Below, in pieces: positions 41,371 to 50,278 of a DNA stretch of 64,000 nucleotides (its first letter is position 1; each line of letters opens with the position of its first letter). Origin of the DNA: an uncultured Gammaproteobacteria bacterium. Lineage in GTDB: Bacteria; Patescibacteriota; Microgenomatia; Levybacterales; GWA1-39-11. A program made the translations under genes and the position numbers. The stretch covers positions 151,858 to 215,857 of the forward strand of contig CAZXND010000001.1 in NCBI GenBank assembly GCA_964641355.1, given 5' to 3'. The notes beneath the pieces were generated by a model. That model was not told the origin of the DNA. It searched no databases and was given only the letters and a program-made list of their open reading frames with translations.

Positions 41371-43143
41371 ATGACAGGAAACATTCTACTTTCAAAAGTC
41401 GTAGCAAATTCAAACGAAACAAGTTGGTCCCAAGCATATTCAACTCTCAATCTTTACATCGCCTTAAGTATTTCAAAAGAAACAACTGACAAACCCATCG
41501 CATCGATCGGAAAAGAAACGCTTGAAAAGCTACAAAGAGAATTTTTTGTGATAGATAACAAAACTCTTGAGACAATAAAACAAGCAGTTCAGAATGTTGT
41601 TGATAGTGTAAGTGAACTAAATTACTCAATTGTCTTAACCACAATTATTAACAACTCTCTTTACATAGTTATCGCAGGAGAAGGGACTGTGGTAATCAAA
41701 AGAGGAGAAAGAATTGGAGTAGTTGCCAAGGGTGATGGAAAAGTGACTACTTTTTCAGGGCCCCTTGAATCCGGTGATATTTTTATAATCGAGACTGAGG
41801 ATTTTTCAAAAAAAATTACGATCGATAAATTATCAGAACTCATTGTCGGATCTGATCTAACCGGAATATCTGAAAGCATTGCCCCTCATATTCACGAAGA
41901 CTCTTCAGGAACAGAAGCAGCCATTCTAATTCAGTACTTAACAGATGAAACAAAGGAAAAGAAAGAAGAGCTGACAATTCAAGAAGAAGAAAAAGAAGTC
42001 AATCTCCCGCCTCAGACTATCTTGCCAAATGAAAAAAAAAGTTTTTCCTTACCTAAATTTCCCAAAATAAATTTTTCACCACCTAAGATTAGCTTAAAAT
42101 TTAAAAAAACATACCTTATTATCTTTTTAATTATCGTCTTAGTTATTGCTTTTATTTTCGTTCTTAAAAATGAGCAGGCAAGAAAAGAAAATACTGAAAG
42201 AGAAAAGATATTAAATGAAATATTGTCTCTCTCAAATAAAAAGTTTAGCGACGGAGAATCTCTTGAGAGTCTCAATGTAAATTTAGCGCTCGATGCATAT
42301 AGAGAATCTAAAGAAATTCTTGAAAAAGGTAAGAGTAAAATTCCATCCGGAACAAAGCAAGAAAAAACATTAGTGGAAGAGCTTTCTAGAGTTAATAAAA
42401 GAATATCTGATTTAGGAGGAGGAGCTGAAAGTATGGAAAAAAAAGTTTTTGATATGAATATAAGCATGACGACGAGCAGGAATAATTTGTCAGGAATTGA
42501 TAATAATGGCAATCTTTACCTATTCGATTCTGAAGGAAATCTTTCAAAAACAATTTCGACAAAAATTAAAAATCCAATTGCCATAAGTTCGGATGATAAA
42601 AACTACTATGTCTTAACCCATGATTCTATCTATTTAATCGATCAGGACGGAAAAACTCAAAAAATATCAAGCAATACTTCTAAGTCTAACTCTATAGATA
42701 ATTTTGCAGGAAATATTTACACTCTAAGTCCTGAGGAAAATGACGTTCTGAAATTCTCAGGTGAAAATTATTCCAAAAGCTCCTATTTTATGAGTGAAGA
42801 ATCGTTCACTCCAAAACCCTCTTGGTTTACGATCGATTCCTCTGTTTGGATCATTTTAAGCGATGGTAATATTAAGAAATATACGAGAGGAAAAGAAGAT
42901 ACTTTTTCAATCAAAACTTTACCAAGTAAATTAGGTGCAAAACTTCAAATCTATACATCTTCCGATCTTGATGATTTATATATTCTTGATATTGAAAACG
43001 CAAGAATCGTTTCTTTAAGCAAAAGTGGTGAATTTAAGAAGAATTATTCACTATCAAAGAATCCCACCAGTTTTACAGTGGACAATTCTGGTAAAAAAGC
43101 TTATTTTGTCGCAAATGATAATCTTTACTCAATTGATCTTTAA
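41371..43143 (+). CDS. Hypothetical bitopic protein: cytoplasmic PP2C/SpoIIE-like-fold domain, single TM, extracellular beta-propeller-like repeats
   Basis: The N-terminal 190 aa show a weak PP2C-like pattern (SLYIVIAGEGTV...GDGKVTTFSGPLESGDIFIIETEDF), then a TM (YLIIFLIIVLVIAFIFVL). The C-terminal 300 aa are repeat-rich (NLYLFDSEGNL / YYVLTHDSIYLIDQDG / DLYILDIENARIV). Confidence 0.3.
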   Translation: MTGNILLSKVVANSNETSWSQAYSTLNLYIALSISKETTDKPIASIGKETLEKLQREFFVIDNKTLETIKQAVQNVVDSVSELNYSIVLTTIINNSLYIVIAGEGTVVIKRGERIGVVAKGDGKVTTFSGPLESGDIFIIETEDFSKKITIDKLSELIVGSDLTGISESIAPHIHEDSSGTEAAILIQYLTDETKEKKEELTIQEEEKEVNLPPQTILPNEKKSFSLPKFPKINFSPPKISLKFKKTYLIIFLIIVLVIAFIFVLKNEQARKENTEREKILNEILSLSNKKFSDGESLESLNVNLALDAYRESKEILEKGKSKIPSGTKQEKTLVEELSRVNKRISDLGGGAESMEKKVFDMNISMTTSRNNLSGIDNNGNLYLFDSEGNLSKTISTKIKNPIAISSDDKNYYVLTHDSIYLIDQDGKTQKISSNTSKSNSIDNFAGNIYTLSPEENDVLKFSGENYSKSSYFMSEESFTPKPSWFTIDSSVWIILSDGNIKKYTRGKEDTFSIKTLPSKLGAKLQIYTSSDLDDLYILDIENARIVSLSKSGEFKKNYSLSKNPTSFTVDNSGKKAYFVANDNLYSIDL

Positions 43144-43170
43144 TCACAAGTCCTCTAAAATACTGAATTT

Positions 43171-43617
43171 ATGAAAGTATTTAATAAAACCGCTCCCGCA
43201 AATTATAAAATTAAGGAGAAAGTAGAATGTGGAATCGTTCTTTTAGGATCAGAAGTCAAAGCAGTCAAGGAAGGACACTTAGATCTTTCTGGTTCTTATG
43301 TAAAAATTATAGGACTCGAGGCTTATTTATTAAATACTAAAATTTTTCCTTATAAATACGCGAGGATTGATGGTTACGATGAATCAAGAACAAGAAAATT
43401 ACTTCTTCACAAGAGAGAAATACTCACTTTAAAAAGCAGTCTTTCCCAAGGAAACTTGACTATAGTCCCAATTTCGATGTATACTATAGGGGAACTTGTG
43501 AAGCTAGAAATAGCCGTTGTCGCAGGCAAAAAGAAATTCGAAAAGAGAGAAGATATTAAAAAACGCGATATAAAACGACAGGTTGAAGAAGAAACAAAAC
43601 ATACATTAAGGGGATGA
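43171..43617 (+). CDS. smpB: SsrA-binding protein SmpB
   Basis: 148 aa with the SmpB fold signature (GIVLLGSEVKA...LLLHKREI) and a basic C-terminal tail. Confidence 0.85.
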   Translation: MKVFNKTAPANYKIKEKVECGIVLLGSEVKAVKEGHLDLSGSYVKIIGLEAYLLNTKIFPYKYARIDGYDESRTRKLLLHKREILTLKSSLSQGNLTIVPISMYTIGELVKLEIAVVAGKKKFEKREDIKKRDIKRQVEEETKHTLRG

Positions 43618-43964
43618 ATGATTCGACAAGAATTGCACCTTTACAACAGCAAGTCGACTTTGATTAACAGTCGTAAAACATAATCAAAATTAAGTGCTAA
43701 CTCTAATGTTAGACGTCCGGCTTTCGCTTACGCGTAAAGCTTAGGACCCTCATATCGATCTCTTCTCGACTTAGATAGTATGGGGAAAAACAGTCGAGAA
43801 AAGACAAATTGGGCCTGGTTTTCCCTTTTGCTCTTTAAATAGCAAACCTTGGATTTGTTGTTATGTGTTTGTTCATGAGGCAAGTCGACAAAAGAAACAA
43901 ACTAAACTTGTAGAAGTTGTGATCGCACAGTTTTTGGACGGGAGCTCAATACTCCCCATCTCCA
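43610..43964 (+). ncRNA. ssrA: tmRNA (SsrA), one-piece; predicted tag peptide (A)ANSNVRRPAFAYA
   Basis: 5' GGGGATGAATGATTCGAC resembles the tmRNA 5' end. The 3' end GGACGGGAGCTCAATACTCCCCATCTCCA forms a T-arm plus an acceptor that pairs with the 5' end, including the G3:U70 Ala identity pair. There is an in-frame tag ORF GCT AAC ... GCG TAA at 43696..43737. It sits directly downstream of smpB, and its 5' end overlaps the smpB stop. Confidence 0.75.
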
Positions 43965-43996
43965 CACTGACATTAACAAAATAGAATAGAGATTCC

Positions 43997-44698
43997 TTAT
44001 TCACGAGCCAAAGTTGCTCCCCAAACAAATTTCACCCCACTACGTTTAAGCACTTTTGCACATTCATTTAATGTCGCGCCGCTTGTGACTACATCATCAA
44101 CAATAATCACAGAAAAGTCTTTTATATATTTTTTAAACTTTGGATTTAAAATGAATGCCCCAGAAATATTTTTTTTTCGATCTTCTCTAGACAATTTATA
44201 CTGAGAGTCTGTTTTCTTTAATCTCAATAATACATCAGGAATAAATTCCAAATTTAATTTTACTGCTAATTTTTCTGCAAGAAGTGTTGAATGATTATAT
44301 CCTCGCGCTTTATATCTTTTCCTATGTATTGGAACATCGATGATTAAAGGGTTTTTTTCTAAAACATGGATAAAGCTTTCACTTTGAATTAATCCTTCAT
44401 GCATAAGATCGGATAACACATCATTTAAACTTGAAAGATATGGGGAGTATTTAAACTGATAAATCAACTTCTTTACAACACCTTTATATGTAATGCTTGA
44501 AGTTACTCCATTAAGCCCTTGCGCTCTTAAGCATCCAGGGTGTGTTGCTCCATCAATTGAATGTTTATTACAAATAGTACAAATATTAATACCGTTAAAA
44601 GAAATTCTTGCAAAACAATTCTCACAAATAAATCCTCCGATCTTTCGACAACTAACGCATTTTTTGGGAAAGAAGATGTCTAGCAATAAATCCTTCAC
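43997..44698 (-). CDS. comFC: ComF-family phosphoribosyltransferase-domain protein (competence protein ComFC-like)
   Basis: N-terminal Cys4 zinc finger (CVSCRK...CENCF) and a C-terminal PRTase motif VIIVDDVVTSGATL. Confidence 0.7.
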   Translation of the reverse strand: MKDLLLDIFFPKKCVSCRKIGGFICENCFARISFNGINICTICNKHSIDGATHPGCLRAQGLNGVTSSITYKGVVKKLIYQFKYSPYLSSLNDVLSDLMHEGLIQSESFIHVLEKNPLIIDVPIHRKRYKARGYNHSTLLAEKLAVKLNLEFIPDVLLRLKKTDSQYKLSREDRKKNISGAFILNPKFKKYIKDFSVIIVDDVVTSGATLNECAKVLKRSGVKFVWGATLARE

Positions 44699-44710
44699 AT
44701 GACTATATTA

Positions 44711-44866
44711 TCAAAAAGAAGGTCTCCAACCACAAATTGGACATGAAGTAAGTTCCCGTTTCTTAATTAGCATAATCTCATTATCATTTGCCTCCCACCC
44801 ACAATTTCTGCAACGGATCTTAAAACAAACCTCGCATTCATTATTTTTTAAAGTTGCTAGTCGCAT
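44711..44866 (-). CDS. Unannotated 51-aa zinc-ribbon protein (below ORF-track size cutoff)
   Basis: Minus-strand ATG at 44866 gives MRLATLKNNECEVCFKIRCRNCGWEANDNEIMLIKKRELTSCPICGWRPSF with CxxC-x5-CxxC-x19-CPxCG. Its start overlaps the upstream stop by 8 nt. Confidence 0.4.
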   Translation of the reverse strand: MRLATLKNNECEVCFKIRCRNCGWEANDNEIMLIKKRELTSCPICGWRPSF

Positions 44867-46143
44867 ACAACACCTGCTTCTTCAAGATAAGCTTCTTTGG
44901 TAAGACCACAACCTGGACAAGCACTATTACCAATCGGTCCATCTGCTTTATAGCTACATTTTGGGCATGTAAACCATTCCTGATTATTAACATTTACAAT
45001 GCGAGGAGAAATAGATTTTATAAAAGGTTTCTTTCCTCCTCCATTACACCCCGGAAGTTTTTGAACTTCTGAAAGCTCATAAATATATGAAAAAGAGGAT
45101 TTATAACTCGCATTTTCGGTCGTAAAATTGTTCGGTGTTTTTTCTAATCTAAATACTCTTGAAAGTTTCAAAATTGTAATTCCCAAAGCCATTTCTAAAT
45201 TTTTAATTGATTCAGGAGTGATATAAAAAAACTCTTCTCTTGTAAATCGCCTAAATTCTTCTACGAGTAATTTTGTTGCGTCATCAATCATCCAAAGATT
45301 ATCTGGATTTTTTAGCATTTCATATATTTCCGAAAATCTTCTTCCTTTGTGCGCACTATCCGTCCCTTTTATTTTTTGGATAATAGATGCTACATCAGAA
45401 AAATCAAAATTTTCACCAACGTTGAACACTGGATTATCAACAATATTTGTTACAGTTTCGCTTTCACTTTTTCCCTCAATTTTCTTTTCTAGCCCTAAGT
45501 TTTTAAGTAGGTTTTTGTTCTGGTCTATATTCATGTCTGTTCTAAGGGTAAAACCCATCGGTCTTCCGTCTTCAAGAACTCTGAAAACGTAGGTTTGTGA
45601 ATCTTGATAAGTAACGCCCGGGATTCCACTCCAACCAGAAGGACTCGTCATAACAGCAGTTGAACCGCTTGGAGCTTTAAGTAAAAAGTTTTCTATTTTT
45701 TCAACAGATCTTTTAACAGATCCATTTCTCTCAGCATCGCTAACAGTATCAACAAGTGGCTTATCTCCATACATCGATCCGATAATTCTTTCTTTTCCAT
45801 TTACAATTTTCTTATCAAGAACTATTGGGAAGACCAAACCTTGCATTAAATATTCAAGTTTAAAACCTTTAATATCTTCTTCTGTTTTTTGCAACCAGGC
45901 TTCAACAATCTCATCCTTTCCCCTCCCAATCTCAAACCCCTCTCTAAAATCAGATCTTAGCTGGTTGACTTGAGACCTTACATTAAATCCAGTCCCAGGA
46001 AGTAAATACCAATCACCCTGTTTTTCAATTCCGGCTACTTTCAATCTCTTTACTTCGTGGGCAAGAGAAGAAGATCTTAGAACTCTTTGTTCAGGGTTTA
46101 AACCCTGAACAAACCTTGGTGCTTCAACTGTCTTTAGACTCAT
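44857..46143 (-). CDS. Hypothetical 428-aa protein with C-terminal Cys4 zinc ribbon
   Basis: No recognisable catalytic motifs. C-terminus CPKCSYKADGPIGNSACPGCG. It heads a three-gene minus-strand unit with the small Zn-ribbon ORF and comF. Confidence 0.4.
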   Translation of the reverse strand: MSLKTVEAPRFVQGLNPEQRVLRSSSLAHEVKRLKVAGIEKQGDWYLLPGTGFNVRSQVNQLRSDFREGFEIGRGKDEIVEAWLQKTEEDIKGFKLEYLMQGLVFPIVLDKKIVNGKERIIGSMYGDKPLVDTVSDAERNGSVKRSVEKIENFLLKAPSGSTAVMTSPSGWSGIPGVTYQDSQTYVFRVLEDGRPMGFTLRTDMNIDQNKNLLKNLGLEKKIEGKSESETVTNIVDNPVFNVGENFDFSDVASIIQKIKGTDSAHKGRRFSEIYEMLKNPDNLWMIDDATKLLVEEFRRFTREEFFYITPESIKNLEMALGITILKLSRVFRLEKTPNNFTTENASYKSSFSYIYELSEVQKLPGCNGGGKKPFIKSISPRIVNVNNQEWFTCPKCSYKADGPIGNSACPGCGLTKEAYLEEAGVVCD

Positions 46144-46195
46144 TTTTTTATTTTCGAACTTTGGTGAAAAATATCGAGAGTCTCTGGCAAGGACA

Positions 46196-46783
46196 TCATC
46201 CGCGCGAAGAGTTATCGATATTCAGATTGTTTTTTCTACTCCAAATTGCTTCGAGTTTCTTTTCTTTGAAATTTGCATATCGAGACATTGTTAGAAATAA
46301 ATCGGAAATTCTATTTATATATTTGACTACGTCCTCATCAACTTGCTCTTTTTTAAGTAGAGAAACAATCGCGCGCTCAGCTCTTCTTGATACTGTACGA
46401 GCTTGATGCAAATACGCTCCCGTTTTCCCCCCACCGGGAAAAATGAAATTTCTAAGAGGAGGCATTTCAGCTGTCATTTGATCGATTTTTTCTTCAAAAA
46501 ATTGAGTGCGTGGTTCAAGATGACTAATTAAATCGGTATTCTCTGGATTAGCAAGGTAGGATGCGCAACAAAAAAAATCATTTTGTATAAGATTAAGAAT
46601 CTCAAGTAAATATCTTTTATAAGCTCGTGTAGGTTTTCCTATCTCTGCAATTATTACCCCAACAACCGAATTTAATTCATCAATAGTGCCATATGCATTA
46701 ACGCGGGTACTATCTTTCCAAACTCTATCACCTGTTCCAAGCGATGTTTGTCCTCTATCTCCTTTTTTTGTATAAATCGGCAT
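46196..46783 (-). CDS. PduO-type ATP:cob(I)alamin adenosyltransferase
   Basis: MPIYTKKGDRGQTSL... N-terminus typical of PduO/MMAB family. The start was trimmed to ATG 46783; the track extends to 46870. Confidence 0.75.
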   Translation of the reverse strand: MPIYTKKGDRGQTSLGTGDRVWKDSTRVNAYGTIDELNSVVGVIIAEIGKPTRAYKRYLLEILNLIQNDFFCCASYLANPENTDLISHLEPRTQFFEEKIDQMTAEMPPLRNFIFPGGGKTGAYLHQARTVSRRAERAIVSLLKKEQVDEDVVKYINRISDLFLTMSRYANFKEKKLEAIWSRKNNLNIDNSSRG

Positions 46784-46948
46784 AAAAAAACCTCTCTTCC
46801 GAGAGGTTAAAACCGTTCCTGCTCGGGATATTACTAAAGCATAGTTTTCTGACTTTAACAGTTGCGGCACAGTTATGGATTTACACCATAATTACCTATA
46901 CTTTGTTTAGAACAACTACAGCTATTTTGCGATGCTCGATTTCTTGTC

Positions 46949-49423
46949 TTAACATTCAGAGTATCCACAAGAATAGCACTTCTTACATCCTTCTTCATGA
47001 GCAAGAGTTCCTGCTCCACAAGAAGGACACATGTCAAATAGATTCGTATTATGCTCTTCTGCAGAAAGAGGTAATTGTTCAAGAACAACTGACTTATCTG
47101 AAAGAAGGCTCTGCTTATCTAAAACAGGAGATGACGCATTCACTTTCATACTTACATGCCCGTTTCCATTACCGTTTGTATGACCATTTGTTGATGGCCC
47201 ACTCTCCATATTTAATGGTGACTGTGGAGTAGAAGTATTAGCATCAATAACTCGACCATTTACTTTAAATCCAAATTCTTCAGCAAGTACTTTTGCGATT
47301 GCATCAGGTACTGACCTGACCCTGTTTTCTCCAAAACCAACAGCCCTCATCCCTCCAATTCCAGCAAGTTGAGCAACAATTTTTTTTACTTTTTCTCTTT
47401 GCGAAACAGAACTTTGAAGACGTAGAACAAGAGAAATCATTCTTCCTAATGCATCCGTCATTGCAGTAACATCGCTTCCTGATTTTCCAATCGTCACAAA
47501 AAGCTCAAAAGGCTCACTGTTTTGATCATTGTTAATAGTTATATAAGCTTCTCCAAGTGGAGTATTTGTCTTGTAAGTAAGACCGTGCATTACGGTCGGT
47601 CTCCTTACAACAGCTGGTTGGACAACTACAGGTTTTGGTTCTTCTTTTTTAGTATCTGTTCTTTCAAGAACTCCAGCACGAGATCCCTCTCTCATATAAG
47701 CAATTCCCTTAAGTCCTAACTTATAGGAAAGGTTATAAAGTTTTTTTACATCATCAATCGTATGAGTCTTCGGTGCATTTACCGTCTTTGAAATTGAAGC
47801 GTCAACGTATTGTTGAATAATTCCTTGAACTTTAACATGATCTTCAGGTGTTAAATCACCTGCAGAAACAAAATATTCAGGTCTAACTCCTCCACTTTTC
47901 ATCTCATCCTCGTGCTTTTTGTACCATTTCTCATAAAGATGATGTCTTACAATATGCTCACCTAGTCGATCTTTTCTAACAAATTCAAATTCAAAAACCG
48001 GTTCAATTCCAGATGTTGTATTGGAAAGAAGAGAAGTGGTTCCTGTTGGAGCCTGCATTAAAATTACTGAATTTCTAATTCCAAATTCTTTAATTGTCTT
48101 TTGAATATCTTCTGGAAGAGCTTGAATAAATTTTCCTTTAGGAAAAAGTTCTTTGTCAAATTTTCCGAATGATCCTTTTTCACGCGCAACTTCAACAGAC
48201 GCTCTATAGGCTTCGTCTCGAATTAATTTATAAACCTTGTCTATAAATTTCAAGGACGCAGGAGATCCGTACCTCATATGAAGTTTTATGAGTGTATCTC
48301 CAAGACCCATTGTCCCAAGACCAATTCGCCTCTCTCCTTCGTATTGCGTTTTACGAATACCCTCAAAGACATAAGGATCCATTTCAACAACATCATCTTG
48401 AAATCTAACTGCAGTTCTAACAACTTTTTTAAGAGTTTTAAAATCAAATACTCCTTTTTTGTCAATATCACTTCCTTCTACAAAAGCGGAAAGATTAATC
48501 GATCCTAAATTACATACTCCCCATGGTGGAAGACCTTCTTCTCCACATGGATTAACACAATTAATTCTGTTCCAATACCAATTGTTGTGCCATTTATTAT
48601 ATCTTTCCATAAATACAACTCCTGGCTCAGCGCTTCTCCATGCAGCCTCAGCAATTAAGTCCCAAATCTTTCTAGCTTTAACAACTTTATGAACAATTAC
48701 TTTCCCTCCATTTTTCTTCCACACATCAAGATCACCATCCCATTTCTCTTCGTACATTGGATCTTTTTTATCTGGAAAAACTAACTCCCAATCATCATCG
48801 CGCTCAACAGCTTCCATGAATTTATCACTGACACAAACAGAAAGATTAGCTCCATTAATTTTAGTTAAATCTTGTTTTACAGTAATAAAATCTTCAATAT
48901 CAGGATGCCAATCCCAAAGCATAAGCATGAGAGCACCTCTTCTTGTCCCCCCTTGCTGAATAATATCTTTTGTTGCAACTGAAAATAATTCCGCCCAATT
49001 AATCGGTCCTGATGAAAACCCATTGACCTTTTGCACTCTTGCGCCTTTTGGTCTAAGCGTTGAAAGATTTATTCCGACACCTCCACCCCTTGCCATAATC
49101 TCTACCATTTGTTTTAATGTCTCAAGAATTCCATCTCTTGAGTCTTTCGGAGAAGGAATAACAAAACAATTATAATAAGTGACCGCAAAACCAGTTCCTG
49201 CTCCTGCTAAAATTCTTCCACCTGGAATATATTTGAAATCCTTCATCGCAAAATAATACTCTTGTTCCCATTTCTTTCTATCCTCAGGCTTCTCAATTTC
49301 TGCTACTGCTTTTGCGACTCTTTTCCACATTTGTTCTGGGGTTTTTTCGGTAGGAGCACCTTTTCCGTCTTTGAGGGAATATCTATCTAAAAAAACTTTT
49401 TGCGATAAATCGTTTAGTTTCAT
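46949..49423 (-). CDS. nrdJ: Class II (adenosylcobalamin-dependent) ribonucleotide reductase NrdJ with C-terminal zinc-ribbon
   Basis: 824 aa. The N-terminus and catalytic core resemble monomeric-type class II RNR (...GGGVGINLSTLRPKGA...NPCGEEGLPPWGVCNLGSINL). C-terminal Cys cluster CPSCGAGTLAHEEGCKKCYSCGYSEC. Confidence 0.85.
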   Translation of the reverse strand: MKLNDLSQKVFLDRYSLKDGKGAPTEKTPEQMWKRVAKAVAEIEKPEDRKKWEQEYYFAMKDFKYIPGGRILAGAGTGFAVTYYNCFVIPSPKDSRDGILETLKQMVEIMARGGGVGINLSTLRPKGARVQKVNGFSSGPINWAELFSVATKDIIQQGGTRRGALMLMLWDWHPDIEDFITVKQDLTKINGANLSVCVSDKFMEAVERDDDWELVFPDKKDPMYEEKWDGDLDVWKKNGGKVIVHKVVKARKIWDLIAEAAWRSAEPGVVFMERYNKWHNNWYWNRINCVNPCGEEGLPPWGVCNLGSINLSAFVEGSDIDKKGVFDFKTLKKVVRTAVRFQDDVVEMDPYVFEGIRKTQYEGERRIGLGTMGLGDTLIKLHMRYGSPASLKFIDKVYKLIRDEAYRASVEVAREKGSFGKFDKELFPKGKFIQALPEDIQKTIKEFGIRNSVILMQAPTGTTSLLSNTTSGIEPVFEFEFVRKDRLGEHIVRHHLYEKWYKKHEDEMKSGGVRPEYFVSAGDLTPEDHVKVQGIIQQYVDASISKTVNAPKTHTIDDVKKLYNLSYKLGLKGIAYMREGSRAGVLERTDTKKEEPKPVVVQPAVVRRPTVMHGLTYKTNTPLGEAYITINNDQNSEPFELFVTIGKSGSDVTAMTDALGRMISLVLRLQSSVSQREKVKKIVAQLAGIGGMRAVGFGENRVRSVPDAIAKVLAEEFGFKVNGRVIDANTSTPQSPLNMESGPSTNGHTNGNGNGHVSMKVNASSPVLDKQSLLSDKSVVLEQLPLSAEEHNTNLFDMCPSCGAGTLAHEEGCKKCYSCGYSEC

Positions 49424-49427
49424 TTTG

Positions 49428-49447
49428 CGAGCTCCGCTAGGAGCGAG
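49428..49447 (-). promoter_or_regulatory. Hairpin sequestering the nrdJ Shine-Dalgarno (GCUCC-uagc-GGAGC)
   Basis: In the mRNA sense, ...CUCGCUCCuagcGGAGCUCGCAAAAUG: GGAG lies 9 nt upstream of the AUG and forms the 3' strand of a 5-bp GC-rich stem. Confidence 0.25.
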
Positions 49448-49563
49448 TAAAATACCTGAAGTCTCTACTAAGGACGAAGTCCGCAGTAAGAGTTACAGGT
49501 ATAATATTTTATTAAACAATCTTTCTTTCAACTTCATTTCATTTATAAGCACAACTTTTAACT

Positions 49564-50010
49564 TTACTTTATCAATTTTTTCAGTTCTTTTTCAAAATCT
49601 TCTAAATCTACAAATCTCTTAAAAACGCTTGCAAATCTTATATAGGCGACTTTATCAATTTTTTTAAGCTTTGCAGCGACCATCTGTCCGATTTTTTTAC
49701 TGTCTATCTCGACTGTCTCTCCACCCCTAAGTTCCAATTCTATTTCTCCAACAATTCTATCTATATCGCTAAAAGACACATTAGTCTTTTCACATCCCTT
49801 AATAATTCCGCTTTTGAGCTTTTCGCGGTCGAATTGCTCTCGTCTACCATCTTGTTTTTTGACAATAAGAGTTACGTTTTCGATTCTTTCGTAGGTCGTG
49901 AACCTTTTCCCGCAAGAGGTACAAAGTCTTCTTCTTCTTATTACGTCGTTTTCACCAAGTCTTGTTTCAACGACTTCAGTTTCTGTATTTCTACAATAAG
50001 GACAATGCAT
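49564..50010 (-). CDS. nrdR: Transcriptional repressor NrdR
   Basis: MHCPYCRNTETEVVETR...RRRLCTSCGKRFTTYE zinc ribbon plus an ATP-cone; 148 aa. Located immediately upstream of nrdJ. Confidence 0.85.
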   Translation of the reverse strand: MHCPYCRNTETEVVETRLGENDVIRRRRLCTSCGKRFTTYERIENVTLIVKKQDGRREQFDREKLKSGIIKGCEKTNVSFSDIDRIVGEIELELRGGETVEIDSKKIGQMVAAKLKKIDKVAYIRFASVFKRFVDLEDFEKELKKLIK

Positions 50011-50096
50011 AAATTCAGTCTTTTGTAAATTCTCTTAAAAATATATAAATACTGAAGTCTTTATATATGTACCTCGTATCAGTTGTCAAACAAGTG

Positions 50097-50112
50097 CAAC
50101 TATATTTAGTGC
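50097..50112. promoter_or_regulatory. Candidate NrdR box (CAACTATATTTAGTGC) upstream of nrdR-nrdJ
   Basis: Matches the acaCwAtATaTwGtgt consensus at 12 of the core positions. It lies about 90 nt upstream of the nrdR start. Confidence 0.3.
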
Positions 50113-50278
50113 CAAAAAATATAGTAAGGCACTACATTTGACAAGTCAATATAAAACACAGTATCAAATACTATCAACTTTTATCGTGGGCTCAAAACAA
50201 TTTTTTTCTTACAAAAAATATATAAAAAAACCAGATGGATTTTTTGATGAGTAAGTCTTTTAACTAAGATCGAAGAGT

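Noticed and set aside
46873-47232. ORFs 46873..47088 (-) and 46903..47232 (+) at the nrdJ 3' end
   Set aside because: They overlap the C-terminal zinc-ribbon coding region of nrdJ or its antisense. They are low-complexity with no start context.
49424-49563. Possible cobalamin riboswitch in the nrdR-nrdJ intergenic region
   Set aside because: No B12-box (GCCACUG-like) or the multi-stem architecture was recognisable by eye. Only a short SD-occluding hairpin was noted. A covariance-model scan would be required.
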